A stretch of 57,544 bases of DNA, filler included, from Sphacelaria rigidula (Eukaryota): NCBI GenBank assembly GCA_964200075.2. It is 7 parts of 7 records of this genome, joined end to end, with 100 filler letters (N's around TTAATTAATTAA, not from the genome) between each part and the next. Parts side by side here need not be neighbours in the genome. Positions count along the whole stretch, not along the records: positions 24,706 to 32,840 come from CAXNAA020012173.1; positions 32,941 to 41,075 come from CAXNAA020012174.1; 5 more parts are not named here. One strand, given 5' to 3'. A program made the position numbers and the translations under genes. Of the stretch, positions 25,650-37,287 are shown piece by piece; the first letter of the stretch is position 1, and each line of letters starts with the position of its first letter. The notes below the pieces were generated by a model. The model saw only the letters and a list, made by a program, of their open reading frames with translations, did no database searches and was not told the DNA's origin.

Positions 25650-26640
25650 TTCACCCATTACCCGTGCTGATCACCATTTATCAAAACTTCAAGCAGCGTG
25701 GAACCGGCGCTCTTCGCCACTCCAACTTAGCCGGGTAAATAGACGATAATCCTCGACTTTATTGTTTCAATCAGGAAAAAACGACACTGTTCAGTTCGCC
25801 CTAGTCAACCATTCCGCTACGGTGTACAGTTTTCGGCCACAAAACTTACCACGAGCAGGTCTAACGCATCTGAGGCTTTCTTCGTCGCAACCATCAGATG
25901 AATATTGCGCTGCTTCGGCCATTCGATCGCTTGGGTTACCTCAAGTGTGCACACCCTGGACAAAAGAATACACTGTCAAAAAGTGTACTGCGTACAGTGT
26001 CGACTGTTGCGCCTGTTGCAACAGACAATAGATCCTATACTGCACGCAGTACATTTTCTGACTATAATCTCTAGTCCAAAGTGTGCAAGTGTGCCTCGAA
26101 GAGACCCACGCTTCCCAATTCCTTGGAATTTCTCCAAAAGTATGGCTCGGCAAAAAAAGCACATTGAATTTTACAGGATTGTCGGGCACCAATTTGGCGA
26201 AACCCTCTGCTTGGCGGCACCAATCAACGGCCAACCTCCGCACTGAGGATATGTTCCTCGAAATAGCTCCGGGTTCCAAGGGATAAAGTTCGCTTCGGAA
26301 GTGTCTCAACACAATTTTCTTTGTTGCTGTATTACCAACCCTTGTACCTGCCGCTGTGTTCCGTCTTGCGTGACTCACCAACACGCCATGTCGAGCGGTT
26401 TTTCACACAGCAAATCTGAAGGGAAAAAGAGTATCAACTCAATATTATGTCGATCATCATTTTTGTTTACAAACTTCAACCATGTGGGAAGGTACTCTGA
26501 CGACGTAAATCAAGTCATGAATGACGTCTCTGCTCTGTTGAATTGTTTTCGGGATAATTGCACGGTTCCTGTGCAGACAGAATGCCCTTCCATAGGGATG
26601 CGCTTCACTTTTGCCTCGCCCGAAGGCCCTTTGCAGCAGC
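25650..26640 (-). pseudogene. Decayed multi-exon gene of unknown function, one exon interrupted by a MITE
   Basis: Removing the MITE plus one TSD restores the frame AILLEKFQGIGKRGSLRGTL-EVTQAIEWPKQRNIHLMVATKKASDALDLLV, followed by gtaagt. Neighbouring exon-like frames contain single stops. Confidence 0.4.
25950..26085. mobile_element. hAT-like palindromic MITE with 8-bp TSD
   Basis: CA...TG termini (cacaccctgga / tccaaagtgtg); exact CAAGTGTG duplication at 25942-25949 and 26086-26093. Confidence 0.85.
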
Positions 26641-27783
26641 CACAACAGCACACGATAAAAGCTCAACAGAAAAACAAGTGGCTGGCACAACCTAGATCAC
26701 CTATATCACCTACTACGGTACCGGTACCTGTAGCACATGGACGCCGCGCAAATGCAGCACCGACGCGTGAAACACATCCAGGCGCAGCAACTTTGCAAAT
26801 GCTACATGCAGTCAACAACCCACAAAAAAATGAATATACTTCGTGCCGAGAGACTTCGGAGACCAAAACAGCGTGAACGACGCTCCCCACAAAATCGCAA
26901 GCATATACCGTACAATCTTAAAATCTGAACTCATGAGGTAACGCGAAAATTAGGTCTATACGCCCACGCGTAAACTACCAAGCGCTGCGAGGTGCGCCGT
27001 CTCAAGAGCGGTCAAAGGTGCTGACCCTAGTCACCTGTGCATGCGTACGTATGACCTACCACGGCAAGGCTACAAGTAGACAAAATTGTTGCAGAAAAGG
27101 GTAGCCGTTCTGTGGTTAATGGGTAAGCTACGTCCTTTGTGCAACAGATACTATATTACACGACACACTACCCCAATGTGCGCTGGTACGCAGACGTTAT
27201 GACCCCCTGGTCGACGTAACATATCGCTTGTGCGAGGACTCCACCCGCACAACATTATAAACACATATATTCTGCCACCGTAACGGGTTTGGCACGGAGG
27301 CCTCAAAAAAAGACGGGTTGGTGGAACGCCCGTCGCACACAGTCAACACCTGCCATCCCGCGGGCGATAAACAACGCACAAGAAGGCGTGCGATTTGACT
27401 GCCTGATCCCCTTTTCGCCAGTTGCGCACGCAACTGATGTACATTGCCTCAACGTGGCAAGCAGTAACTATACAACACCCGCAGCATATCATGGCTGTAA
27501 GGCCATAACCCAAACACGCATCACCATATCATCATCGCCATCAAGGTAACCAATATACAAAACCATTAATTATTACCGCATGCCTGGAACAGGCACTACT
27601 CCACGCACGCCCCCACATAACGAGGCTTTACTAACCCTACGATCAACCCGGCGTTTTGCCGATTCCGACACGAGCCCGGCCGCAAAAATGCTATCTTGTA
27701 GAAAAGGAGTGATAAGTAGCACCCCGAACAAGGGTCCAAAGCCCTTCTAGGGGCAAGCGACGACGGCTTCCCCAGACGCAAAC

Positions 27784-29779
27784 TCATTGCTGACCCCCAA
27801 ATGCAACCATCCTGCCACGAGCAACCCTTCGCCGAACCGCTGCACGCAGGCCCGCGATGCCCGCTAAGGGAATGCGGGCGCCGGCCGATAATCCCCTCAG
27901 AGTGCGGGTCAGGGCTTCCTGTCGTGACGCGTCCAGCTTGGAGAATCGGCTGCGACCCCTGTCCCCTGCAGGGTTACCACCCGAGCCCGCTGAAACCTTG
28001 CGACAGTTAGCCCGGGGCACCCAAATTGTGCGAGGCGAGGAAGCTAGGACGTTCTTCAGGCTGACCTGGTCTTGCTTGATCTGTGCGGGTATTGGTCGGG
28101 CCGATTGGTCGACGAGAGGATCAAGGCAGGGAAGGTTTTAGTTCAAGCTGAGAAGGGTACAGCGTGATACTGTGAATACTGAAAGTCGCAGGTGTTGGCA
28201 CATCAGTTGAGGGCATCCATGAGAACCTGTGGGGGGGGAGCTTGCTTCTTCATGGAGCTCTGGCGGCACCGTTATGCTCACGTCTGCGGCGAATATGGTT
28301 TTGCGATAAGCAGCAGCAGCAGCAGTAACGATGGCAACATTGTACCTCCACTACTTACTAGGTACAGACCGAGAGGGCGGGGGGTGAGACGAAGACCACT
28401 TGTAGCTGCGGGTGAATTTCATCCGAGATAGGTACGTCGCACGATACTTCCAGTGACCTGTTCAATGGGTGCGAACCTCAGTACTGACGCGAGCATTCAA
28501 GCCACTAGGGCCGGGACTTGAATTTGGGCGTAAAACTAGGTGATCCGATGATAAAAACACAGGGAGCAAAATTCTGCAGTACACTACATCCACTTTACGA
28601 AGGTCGCAGCTTCTCGTTTTTCCTCCATTATGGTGAGCACCCGTGGGCACTCAAGCCGCCCCGCCCCCCACGTACCCACTGAGCACGTTTTCCCTATACA
28701 CAGGTCAAGATAAGTTTCACTCAGCCTCGCGTTCCGTGCCGGTGAGTCTCACGCGAATTGTACAGTCCTCGCACTCGTCGGCGACCCTCAAGTGTGCCTC
28801 GCGACTTCTACTGAAGCGAAATGACAATCGCTGAACGGTGCGGCGTACCTGCTTGACTCTGGCCTGCAGCCAAGCGCCCTTCACGTGCGTGCCCGTACAC
28901 CATACCTCAACCACCTGCCTCACCCTGAAGCGGGTGGACAGGTAGGATGAATCCACCGGCCACCTTAGGCGGTCGCGGCATACCCATTCGTCCCAGTTGC
29001 TGTCCCACCCGGGGTAATGGATGCGGTACCTTTTCAGCGTGTTTGTGTTTGTGCAAGTTGCATGGGTATCGCATCGGGCGGGTGTAGAGCAGTGTTGGGT
29101 CACGAGCGCCCACAGCACACGATAACGGAAGGATCGAGGGGATGTCATGCGGACGTAGGCTGTTGCAGGCTTCCAGAACCTTGCGTAATTTTCACTACAT
29201 GTAACGATGGCATGATGATGACTCGAGAACATGTTGCGAGCGCACATATACGAGAGGTACGCTGCAAATACAAATACACTGCTGTGTACAGGACAAAATG
29301 CGCACAGGCGAAGTCAGGCCTCACATCAGCGCCGGCACGGCAGTTTCTCCGCATGTTGCGGTCAACAAAAAGTCAAAGGTGATAATCCTCAGCGGTTCTC
29401 GAGCCAGTCCATAGCTTTGTTCTATCCAAGCTGTCAAAGAGCTATCATGTCACCATCATGCTGTACCTTGCCTGCCGGCACATAATATATTTTCCTGACT
29501 TGAGCACAAGACATACATAACCACCGGCGTGGGTATACCGCAAGTATACTTCAAGCTGCTGGCCACAACACATTGCAACGCAGTGGTTTTTAACCCCACA
29601 ACAGCACAATGGACAAAATGTCCAGCAGTTTGTCCGGTTACCTGTGACCATCGACCTTTTGCACCACTGTGGCCTCCCACCATGATCGGCCAACGAAAAC
29701 ATCCAGGGATTCCAAACGAAACCGTCCCTCCCAAGACACCTCTATCTTGTCGCCAACCAACGGATCTCTGAAGCGATAC
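27784..29779 (-). CDS. 3' exons of a tandem Tudor-knot/Agenet-like domain protein (putative chromatin reader)
   Basis: Phase-compatible exons 29779-29642 (LVGDKIEVSWEG..WWEATVVQKVDGH), 29029-28849 (YRIHYPGWDSNWDEWVCRDRLR..FRVRQVVEVWC..GAWLQARVKQ) and 28080-~27784 (IKQDQVSL..IWVPRANCR). HYxGWxxxWDEWV is the Tudor-knot/chromo-barrel signature. The 3' end is uncertain. Confidence 0.8.
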
Positions 29780-30229
29780 CTGCGGCCACAGAGGGACAGA
29801 CGGACAACGCGCCGCGAGTTATTAGATTCATTCGGGCATTTCCACCTCCAGCTACAGCTATAAACCGAAATGCAAACAGCACCAAACTCAGCAGCATCCG
29901 ACACACTATTGCAAGATTGTGTTCTATTATAGAGGGTAAGGTAATGTTCGGTAACCTACGGTGCGATGTGTCTCACACAAGTTACACAATTGTCCCGGGT
30001 ACGACATGAGAGGTTGTACAAAAACGCTCATGCGCAACCGGGTACTGTATTTCTGCAAGGGTATACCCGTACCGCTGGTGAGAACAGGGGCAAAAAAAAC
30101 GTACAAATCTCACAGAATTATCGGGCACCGGTGTGAGACGCTTGCAGAACTCACGCAACTGCCGGGTACTGGTATGACAGGCTTACGGAACTCACAGAGC
30201 TGTCGGGTATGGGCAATATCCGCGTCATG

Positions 30230-30490
30230 ACTCTGGTCTCCGGGCATCAAACCATATCTCCCCGGTACCCGGCTTGCATTTTGATCTCGCGGACTGGGTC
30301 AGCACTCCCGCATTGCGTCAACTCTCGTCAAACAAATTCACTCAACTACTTTTTGTCTCCTTAAGCACATTCGCTTTCGACGATGGGAATTAGGTGCCAA
30401 GAACCCAACGCATTCGGCAGGAATCGAACCCACATTCTCTCCCACCCTAATGGTCACACTGGGTCACGGTGCGACCATTAGACAGTGCTA
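30230..30490 (-). mobile_element. tRNA-derived SINE
   Basis: On the minus strand, an A-box-like TGTCTAATGG (~30484-30475) and a B-box GGTTCGATTCC (~30429-30419), with a body shared with 15600-15721. No cloverleaf is apparent. Confidence 0.6.
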
Positions 30491-31457
30491 TTCCTTTTTT
30501 CCATATTATGGGGGTATTTCCCCGAATTATAAGTCATGACCCTCGCCTGTCGTTCGAGATGGTAATTCTTCAAGGCATCAAATATGCCGAGACAAGAGGG
30601 ACAGGCGTGCTTGGAAGAGAGGTCACCACGTTAGCACGGCAACGTGGCGCTGCAGACAATGTGGAAGGCTCAGGCAGCCGGATGGCGACGTATGTACGTC
30701 ACTGCGGAGCGAGGAAGTACTTGATACACAAAATGTACTTCCTCTGTCCCGTAAGTGAAGTCCGTAATGATCACACGGACCCTTAACCGTGTCTAATGCC
30801 GTAGGCGATATATATTTTTTCATCTTCGGGTTTTTTTAGTTGAATCGCGTCTTCTTTTTCCCTGTTTGCGCAGCAGCTAGCGTGCGCAAGTGGCCGATAA
30901 ACGATCAGTCGGCTCGAAAATGGCCATATTTCGCCCATTTTCCATAACACAGAGAAAAACCCTGGAAACCCTCAACACGGCAAAAATCACGAAAAAAAGT
31001 ACATCTGGCTCTTTTTCTCCGGTTCGTCGCTGGCATACGATAGCTATGTCTAGTCCGAAACCACTCGGTCATATTGCAGCCTTCAATTCTCCAAAACACA
31101 GCCAAATTCGTCGAAATTCGCCCGACAATGTACAGATTGGCGTTATTTGGTCGAAATTTGGCCATGTTTGACCCAATAATTCTAAGGCTAAGGTCGGTTA
31201 TTTCTTTCTTGTTTCTTCCAGTGGCCATCTCCACCACTATATATTTTCAATGAATCTAACCAGAACATCGTGAGCACCTCCATTGGCGAGGTACGGCTTG
31301 TCCCCCATAATGGACTTTACTTATGGGACAGGAAGTATTGCGGCAGGGCAATACACGACAAAGTTGACACTGTACTGTGTGCTTGTAGCCAGCAGTAGAG
31401 CGAGTATTGTAGTACTGACTACGATGCGAAGCACGACTCGGCAGGGCTAGAATAACC

Positions 31458-32405
31458 GCGATCCATTTGTGAAGATTGAAAATTGCAGCTTGCACGAGTC
31501 GATTGTGATCGAAGAATACTCCAGTAACCGCCCCTGTCCTCGCCAGGCCGTCGTGGTCTCTGGCAGCCCAAGTCTGGCACTGTACTGTCTGGAACGAGAC
31601 CTTGCCCCCTTCCCGAGCATCTTCACAGTTATCCTTGGCATAAGACATGCTGCTCTTCGGCTCAGCTGTACGGGATATATACATATATATATATATATAT
31701 ATATGTCTTGCCCTAGACGGCATATAAAACCCAAGGGCACCTCGCTCTGACAGATGACAAAGCCGGGTTGGCGGTTGTTTCCGATATCACCCCCATCGTC
31801 GACCGATAAGCGGCCGATGCAAACAGCAATGCTGGCAACGTCTGTCGCTGCCGGATTTGATATCGTTTCTCTATATAATTGGCATTAAAAAGTTAGAAAT
31901 ACATCGGAAAAGTTCAGCATCGTGCACAAATCGTCATTTCAAGTCACGCAGCGCACACAACGCCTTGGGACGCCGAAACTGCTGCGTCAACACCTACACA
32001 TGGCTTCAAGCTGCACATACGTGAAGTTTCAGCACCATCAGACGCCAGGTGCGCTGTGTTCGGGCGCCAAACCTTGGAAATTGCCGCCTCCATAACATTG
32101 AAAAGGAACAATAATGTACTCTAGACCAGCGGGGCGCGGCGGGTTATGTTTCGAATAAGTGAAATCGTATCCATTGTTGGCCTCGTGGTGCACGCCATAA
32201 GACACCATGAGGACCGACTTGTCCATGAAAACAAGTGACTCCACTTTTTGCCAGTTTGTGGGTGTTCTCCCGAGGCAACAATGCTGTAGTGCTGTACAGT
32301 ACAGTGTTGCGGTCCGACGTGTCTGTTGAGCTTGTTTACTTCTACCCTGTTGGTAGTGATCCTGCCGGCCTCAAGATCATCTGCATCGCTTTGGTAGGAA
32401 AGACG
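31458..32405 (-). CDS. Exons of unknown function, possibly upstream exons of the Tudor/Agenet gene
   Basis: Candidate exons 32405-32346, 32283-32073 and 31665-~31458 splice in frame (RLSYQSD..|HCCLGRTP..EYIIVPFQCYGGGNFQ|AEPKSSMSY..FNLHKW). The link to exon 29779 is unresolved. Confidence 0.5.
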
Positions 32406-32470
32406 CTGAAATTTGACAGGATGTTTCTCGAGCGTGTGCCAGTGCTAATGCTTGTGGACGTGTGTTGGTG

Positions 32471-32471
<1 letters not shown>

Positions 32472-32504
<33 letters not shown>
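32472..32504. repeat. (TTGA)n microsatellite
   Basis: Directly visible. Confidence 0.95.
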
Positions 32505-32506
<2 letters not shown>

Positions 32507-32940
32507 CGTACTTTAAGTGAACCCCCAGGGGCCCAGCCGTGGTCCCATGATAGACGTACCCAAGAAAAACGGAACTCAAACACGCTTATAGGGAAAAAAA
32601 ATATAGGAACAGAAAAAAAAGAGGGGTCGAATAGAATGACATAGCAGACCAAGTCGTGACAAAAAAAGCATTAACAAGTCAACACAAGCAAAGCACAGAA
32701 AGAAATGGCCGACCTAAAGAAAGAAAAAGGGAAAAAAGAGGAAAAAGTAAAAAGCAAAAAAAAAAAAAACAATGAAACGATGGAAAAAAAAGGGCGGAAA
32801 AGGGGGGGGGGGGAGAAAGGGGTGCCGGGCAGAAAAAAAANNNNNNNNNNNNNNNNNNNNNNNNNNNNNNNNNNNNNNNNNNNNTTAATTAATTAANNNN
32901 NNNNNNNNNNNNNNNNNNNNNNNNNNNNNNNNNNNNNNNN

Positions 32941-33013
32941 ATTGCAATAGGCGCAATAGTCGATACTGTACGCAGTACACTTTTTGACTGTGTAATCTGT
33001 TGTCCAGGGTATG
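32941..33013. mobile_element. Partial CACACCCTGGA-family MITE at contig start
   Basis: One arm homologous to 25950-26085; it lies a few bases inside the intron after the 33022 donor. Confidence 0.7.
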
Positions 33014-33021
33014 AACTTTAC

Positions 33022-34100
33022 CTGGCTTTTCGCTGCATAATGTTCCTCCTGGGGCGCACAACGAACACGATGACAAGAAACACGGCCGCTCTCCACAAGC
33101 TTTTCCCACCTAGTATTTGGTCGGGTGTAGGGTTGGCGACACCAATCGCTATCCATCGCGCCCGTGGTCGACGGAGTTTCGCCAATTTACCTTGCCTGAG
33201 CTGGGCGAGAAGTGCCGCCCTCTCTGCCTTCCTTTTGTTGCTGGCGCGTTGTTTCTCGGCTTCACTTTGGGCGGCGTCCTTTTCGCGTGCGCGAGACGAC
33301 TTCTTTCCATCACCATCCTGCCCATCCGCTTCGTGATTTGATGCGTTAACTAGATCCTGGAGCAGAGATTGTACGTTGGAGTCTATCTCATCGAGACTTC
33401 GTCCCATATTTGCTTCCTCTGGGTCCACCCTGTCTTCCACTATTTGTAGAGCGTCGCTCGGACCGAAAGGCCGATCCCCGGTCCGTTGTCCAGCGATGCT
33501 AACTTCTTCGGCTTTATGATTGATTAACTCTCTATTTCCAGCGTGATAATCTTCTCTATCATCACCGCTCCACTCGCCAACATCATCGTTCGCCCCTGCG
33601 TGACCATGCTGCTCTTCCCGTAAGTCCGAACCACCAGCAGCATTTCGCTTGAGTGCTGTACCTGGCTTGTTTCCCCGTCGGGGTTCCGTTGGTACGTTGG
33701 TTGTCACCTGTTGAATCACCTCACCAATGTCGTGGAGACTGTCATCGTTATCGTCGGCTTGATCAACTCTATCGTGCATCACCCGATTTGGAATCACACG
33801 GTCAAACCCACAAGGCACCAGTTCGGCAATTTCCGTGAGCTTGTCGATCAGCGCCTTGACGCTGGGATCGAGCGGGGCAGCTGGCGTTGTTGGCCGTGAA
33901 CCATTATTCCAGTCTTGGTCGGGGGAGTTCAAAGGCTGGTTTTGAGGGTGTTGCGCTCGAGTCAGCCGCTGCCGAAGTTGAAGCGAACGAGAAAGCGCGC
34001 GAAGGGTCACAAGCTGCTGCGTCTTGCGTTGGATGAGTGCTTTATCCAATTGCACGCGGCGAAGGAGTACCGCATGCAGGTCTGCCACCGGCGAGCTCAT
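33022..34100 (-). CDS. First coding exon (~360 aa) of a hypothetical protein with coiled-coil-like, acidic and short hydrophobic segments
   Basis: Long ATG-initiated ORF ending at a CAG|GTAAAG donor; no family recognised. Confidence 0.7.
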
Positions 34101-34741
34101 ATCTTTCTTGACATGTATCCTACTTGGTTCACGAGGAACCCGCTAAGGCTGGATGGATTACCATGGTGGAGAGAACAGTATATACCATAACTACAACAAA
34201 CGTAGACTGTCTTGACGCCGCCACATGCTTGGCTTCATCTTCCGTGGCGTAGAACCTAGTGGCATAACAAAGAATTTGTTCGCCTGTCGTCACACAAGAG
34301 CAAAGGGTTACGACGGCCCTTTGCACAAGAGCGAACAGAGGTCGCTTGGAGGTCGGTCGGAGGGATAATCAATATTAGAGAAAATAACCTAGACAAAAAT
34401 TGTAGCTCTCCAGAAAATGACAAAACGTCACGCATGCCTTGCGTGCGTTTTTTTTCACGGTTACTTGGCATACACCGACACGTGCAGGGTGAGGCTGATA
34501 AGACAGCCTGTGGCCGGGGAGCTAAAGATCGAGGCAGCTGGTCGGCGAATCCGCTGGAACCGCGTGGAACTGGGAGAGCTGGATTTGTCTCGGAAACAGG
34601 CGTGGAGGAAGCTTTCTTTCATCCTCTTGTTGATCTACTGTTCCGTCATATTTGGGTGGGTGTCTTTCGTCCATAGACAGTGACTGTGAGAGACGAGGGG
34701 GCTGTACAACACGGGAGATCGACCTACGCACCACTGCAGCC
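34101..34741. promoter_or_regulatory. Putative bidirectional promoter and 5' UTRs
   Basis: About 640 bp between divergent start codons at 34100 (-) and 34742 (+). Confidence 0.5.
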
Positions 34742-37243
34742 ATGGTAAGTGCTCAACCCAACGCTAACGCCGGCCCTCCTGCGCTAACAATCCGCCGACT
34801 GGTGACACTGACGGTCGACGCTTGCTTCTGGTGGTACTGATGTTTTAATTTCGTTCACGTGCGCCGCTTTCTATCCCGCGTGTGTGTTGTTTGTTTCTTC
34901 GATGCTTATTCCCCGAATTGTGCGCACTGCCCCTCCTGCCGCCCGAATCGAATCATTGCGCGGGTGGCCGAGGGGTGGTGCAGATGAATAGAGATTGGCA
35001 CCGCCACGTTCCATTATTACAGTGAAATTCACATGTTTTCGGCTGAAATGTATTAACTGTTCTTGCCCCGTCTTGGCGTTTGCTGTCTGTGAGTGCAATG
35101 CGGTCGATCCTTGGCTGACCTTGTGCTGTCTGTCGGCCGAGGATCGAAGGGTGCGGAATGTGCTCTCATTTTTTTCCATTTTTGCTCGCTGAAAGACAAC
35201 ATGCCGAAAAAATCCACACCATGATTTTTGCGTTCGTTTTCATTGTATTTTTGACCGGAAACGGACACGTCGAACACCCGCAGCGTATTTTTTTTTCCAG
35301 CAGGGAATTAAAAGGCTGTACATACGACTGTACTTTTGTTGCATTTGCGCATCCCCAAAAGTCTTTCCCTTTGTTGTTCTCGAGAGAGAAAGATAAAGAA
35401 AGCGGCACGACTACAGACTGTCTGTACCTGTCCACAACCCAGCATGGAGTATCACCAGGAGAGAGGGACTGGAGATGCGTGCTCTACTCACCTTTCATGG
35501 GGCTCGAGGCGCCAGCGGCGAGGCAAAGTCTCTTTGAACATATATTAGGAAAATTGCTGGTGGGAGTATGCCTTTTGTTCAGTTGATATTGGATATATAT
35601 TTGGTACAAGTATCATTCAGTAATCACTCAGAATACCTGCGTGTAGGGCCCTACCGAAACTACAGTACAGAACAGTACAGTAGCGCGGCTCAATGCCGTG
35701 GGGTGTTCGCGCCGCAACTACACTTTGCGTGGACCGTCTTGTGACGACCAAATGATATGTCCTGCCTCCGCTGTTGCACGCACGTGCTGTGTCGTTGACA
35801 GTGGCCAGTCGCAAGAAACTTGGAAATATCCCGTCAGTTATTGCCGTACACGGAAGCAAACACGCGATAGCCGCGTCTGTATTTTTGTAGATGAACGTCC
35901 CCAAGGACTGAATCACATCGTTTTTGTGCACCATTGCGTTGCTTCAGGGTATATATCCGGGGGGGCGGTGGGTGGGACGGGGGCTGTATGTCTGCAAGTT
36001 GAGGTTGGATTTGACGAATTACTTGAGTTGAGGTGAAATACAAGGGTGTAGAATTTCTCTCTTCTGGACACGAGTTGATTTCGTTTTGATCTCCACTGCC
36101 GCGGATCCGTTCCGGGGCTACCCCTATCCTTTTGCTCCCGCTGCCTGCGTTGATCAGCTGACCTTGCCCGCCACACGCGTTCGGCCGCAACTCTGACGAT
36201 GATACTGACTGTGTCTGTCTCTGCGAAACACAACTGAGAAATGGCGGTGAGCGTTTCTCCTCGCTTCACTTTGTTCCACCATTAGTACGCGGAACCTTCT
36301 GTGTTCAGACCAAAGTATGTGCTGACTCGTGGTGGCTGCTATTTCAGATTCAGTCCCGAGACGGCGACTGTACTTTGATACCCGCACGCACACGTTGGAT
36401 CGACAATGATCTTGCGTGTCTATCAGCGAGGGCAGACAGCTTCGTGTCTCGCACTGATGTCCTATGCGGTACTGCTCGTCCGTTGCGCCCTGTTCGTGCC
36501 GATCGCCCCGTTCTTTCCCCGTCCCCTGCCGCCTAAACATCAACATCACACTATTCGGTGGGCGTGCAGGCGGGTCGTGGTGGTCGCGGAAGAGGCATGG
36601 TCCTACCAGCCTGGATGACACAAGGTAAGGCACAGCCAATGGTAGGCGCACCGGGTGCTGAGAAAGTATTGCATGAACCGCAACGTGCTCCGGGAGGGCT
36701 TCAAGACGCTGCGCTCTCCCGCCCAGGCTTCTCGCATCCTCCAAAGGCGGGCGCGGGTCCGAGCAGCCCGCCGAATCGCCCGCCGATAGCCCCTCCTGTG
36801 GCCCCACCTGCGGTTCGCCCTGCAGGACCGCCAGGGGCTCCGCCCGCGGTTCGCCCTGGAGCCCCGCCAGGGGCTCCGCCTGCGGTTCGCCCTGGAGCTC
36901 CGCCTGGAGCTCCGCCCGGAGCTCCGCCCGGAGCCCCGCCTGGAGCCCCGCCCGGGGCCCCGCCCGGAGCTCCACCGGGGGCCCCGCCTGGACGGCCTGG
37001 CAGGCGCCCGGGTTTGGGATTCAGCCCCCCTCCCACTGGAACTCCCCCGGCTCATGCAACCTCGACGTTTAGCGCGCCGCCTGTGACGCGCGTTGTTCCG
37101 CCGAGCCGGCCGCCGTCGCAGCAGCAAGCCCCGCCGCCGCAGCAAAATCAGCAGCAGCAGCAGCAGCATCAGCAAACCCAGCAGCCCCAGCCGCAGCAGC
37201 AGCAGCAAAACCAGGCGCGGACCCACGCGCAGCAGCAGCAGGC

Positions 37244-37287
<44 letters not shown>

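Noticed and set aside
26375..26630. In-frame TGA read as selenocysteine
   Set aside because: No redox motif or SECIS was recognised, and nearby frames have TAA stops and a MITE insertion, so decay is the simpler explanation.
30405..30490. tRNA gene
   Set aside because: It has a B-box but no cloverleaf stems, and is attached to a dispersed repeat body, so it is treated as a SINE head.
27784..34100. Joining the 360-aa exon (33022-34100) to the Tudor/Agenet exons as one gene
   Set aside because: They lie on different contigs separated by an artificial spacer.
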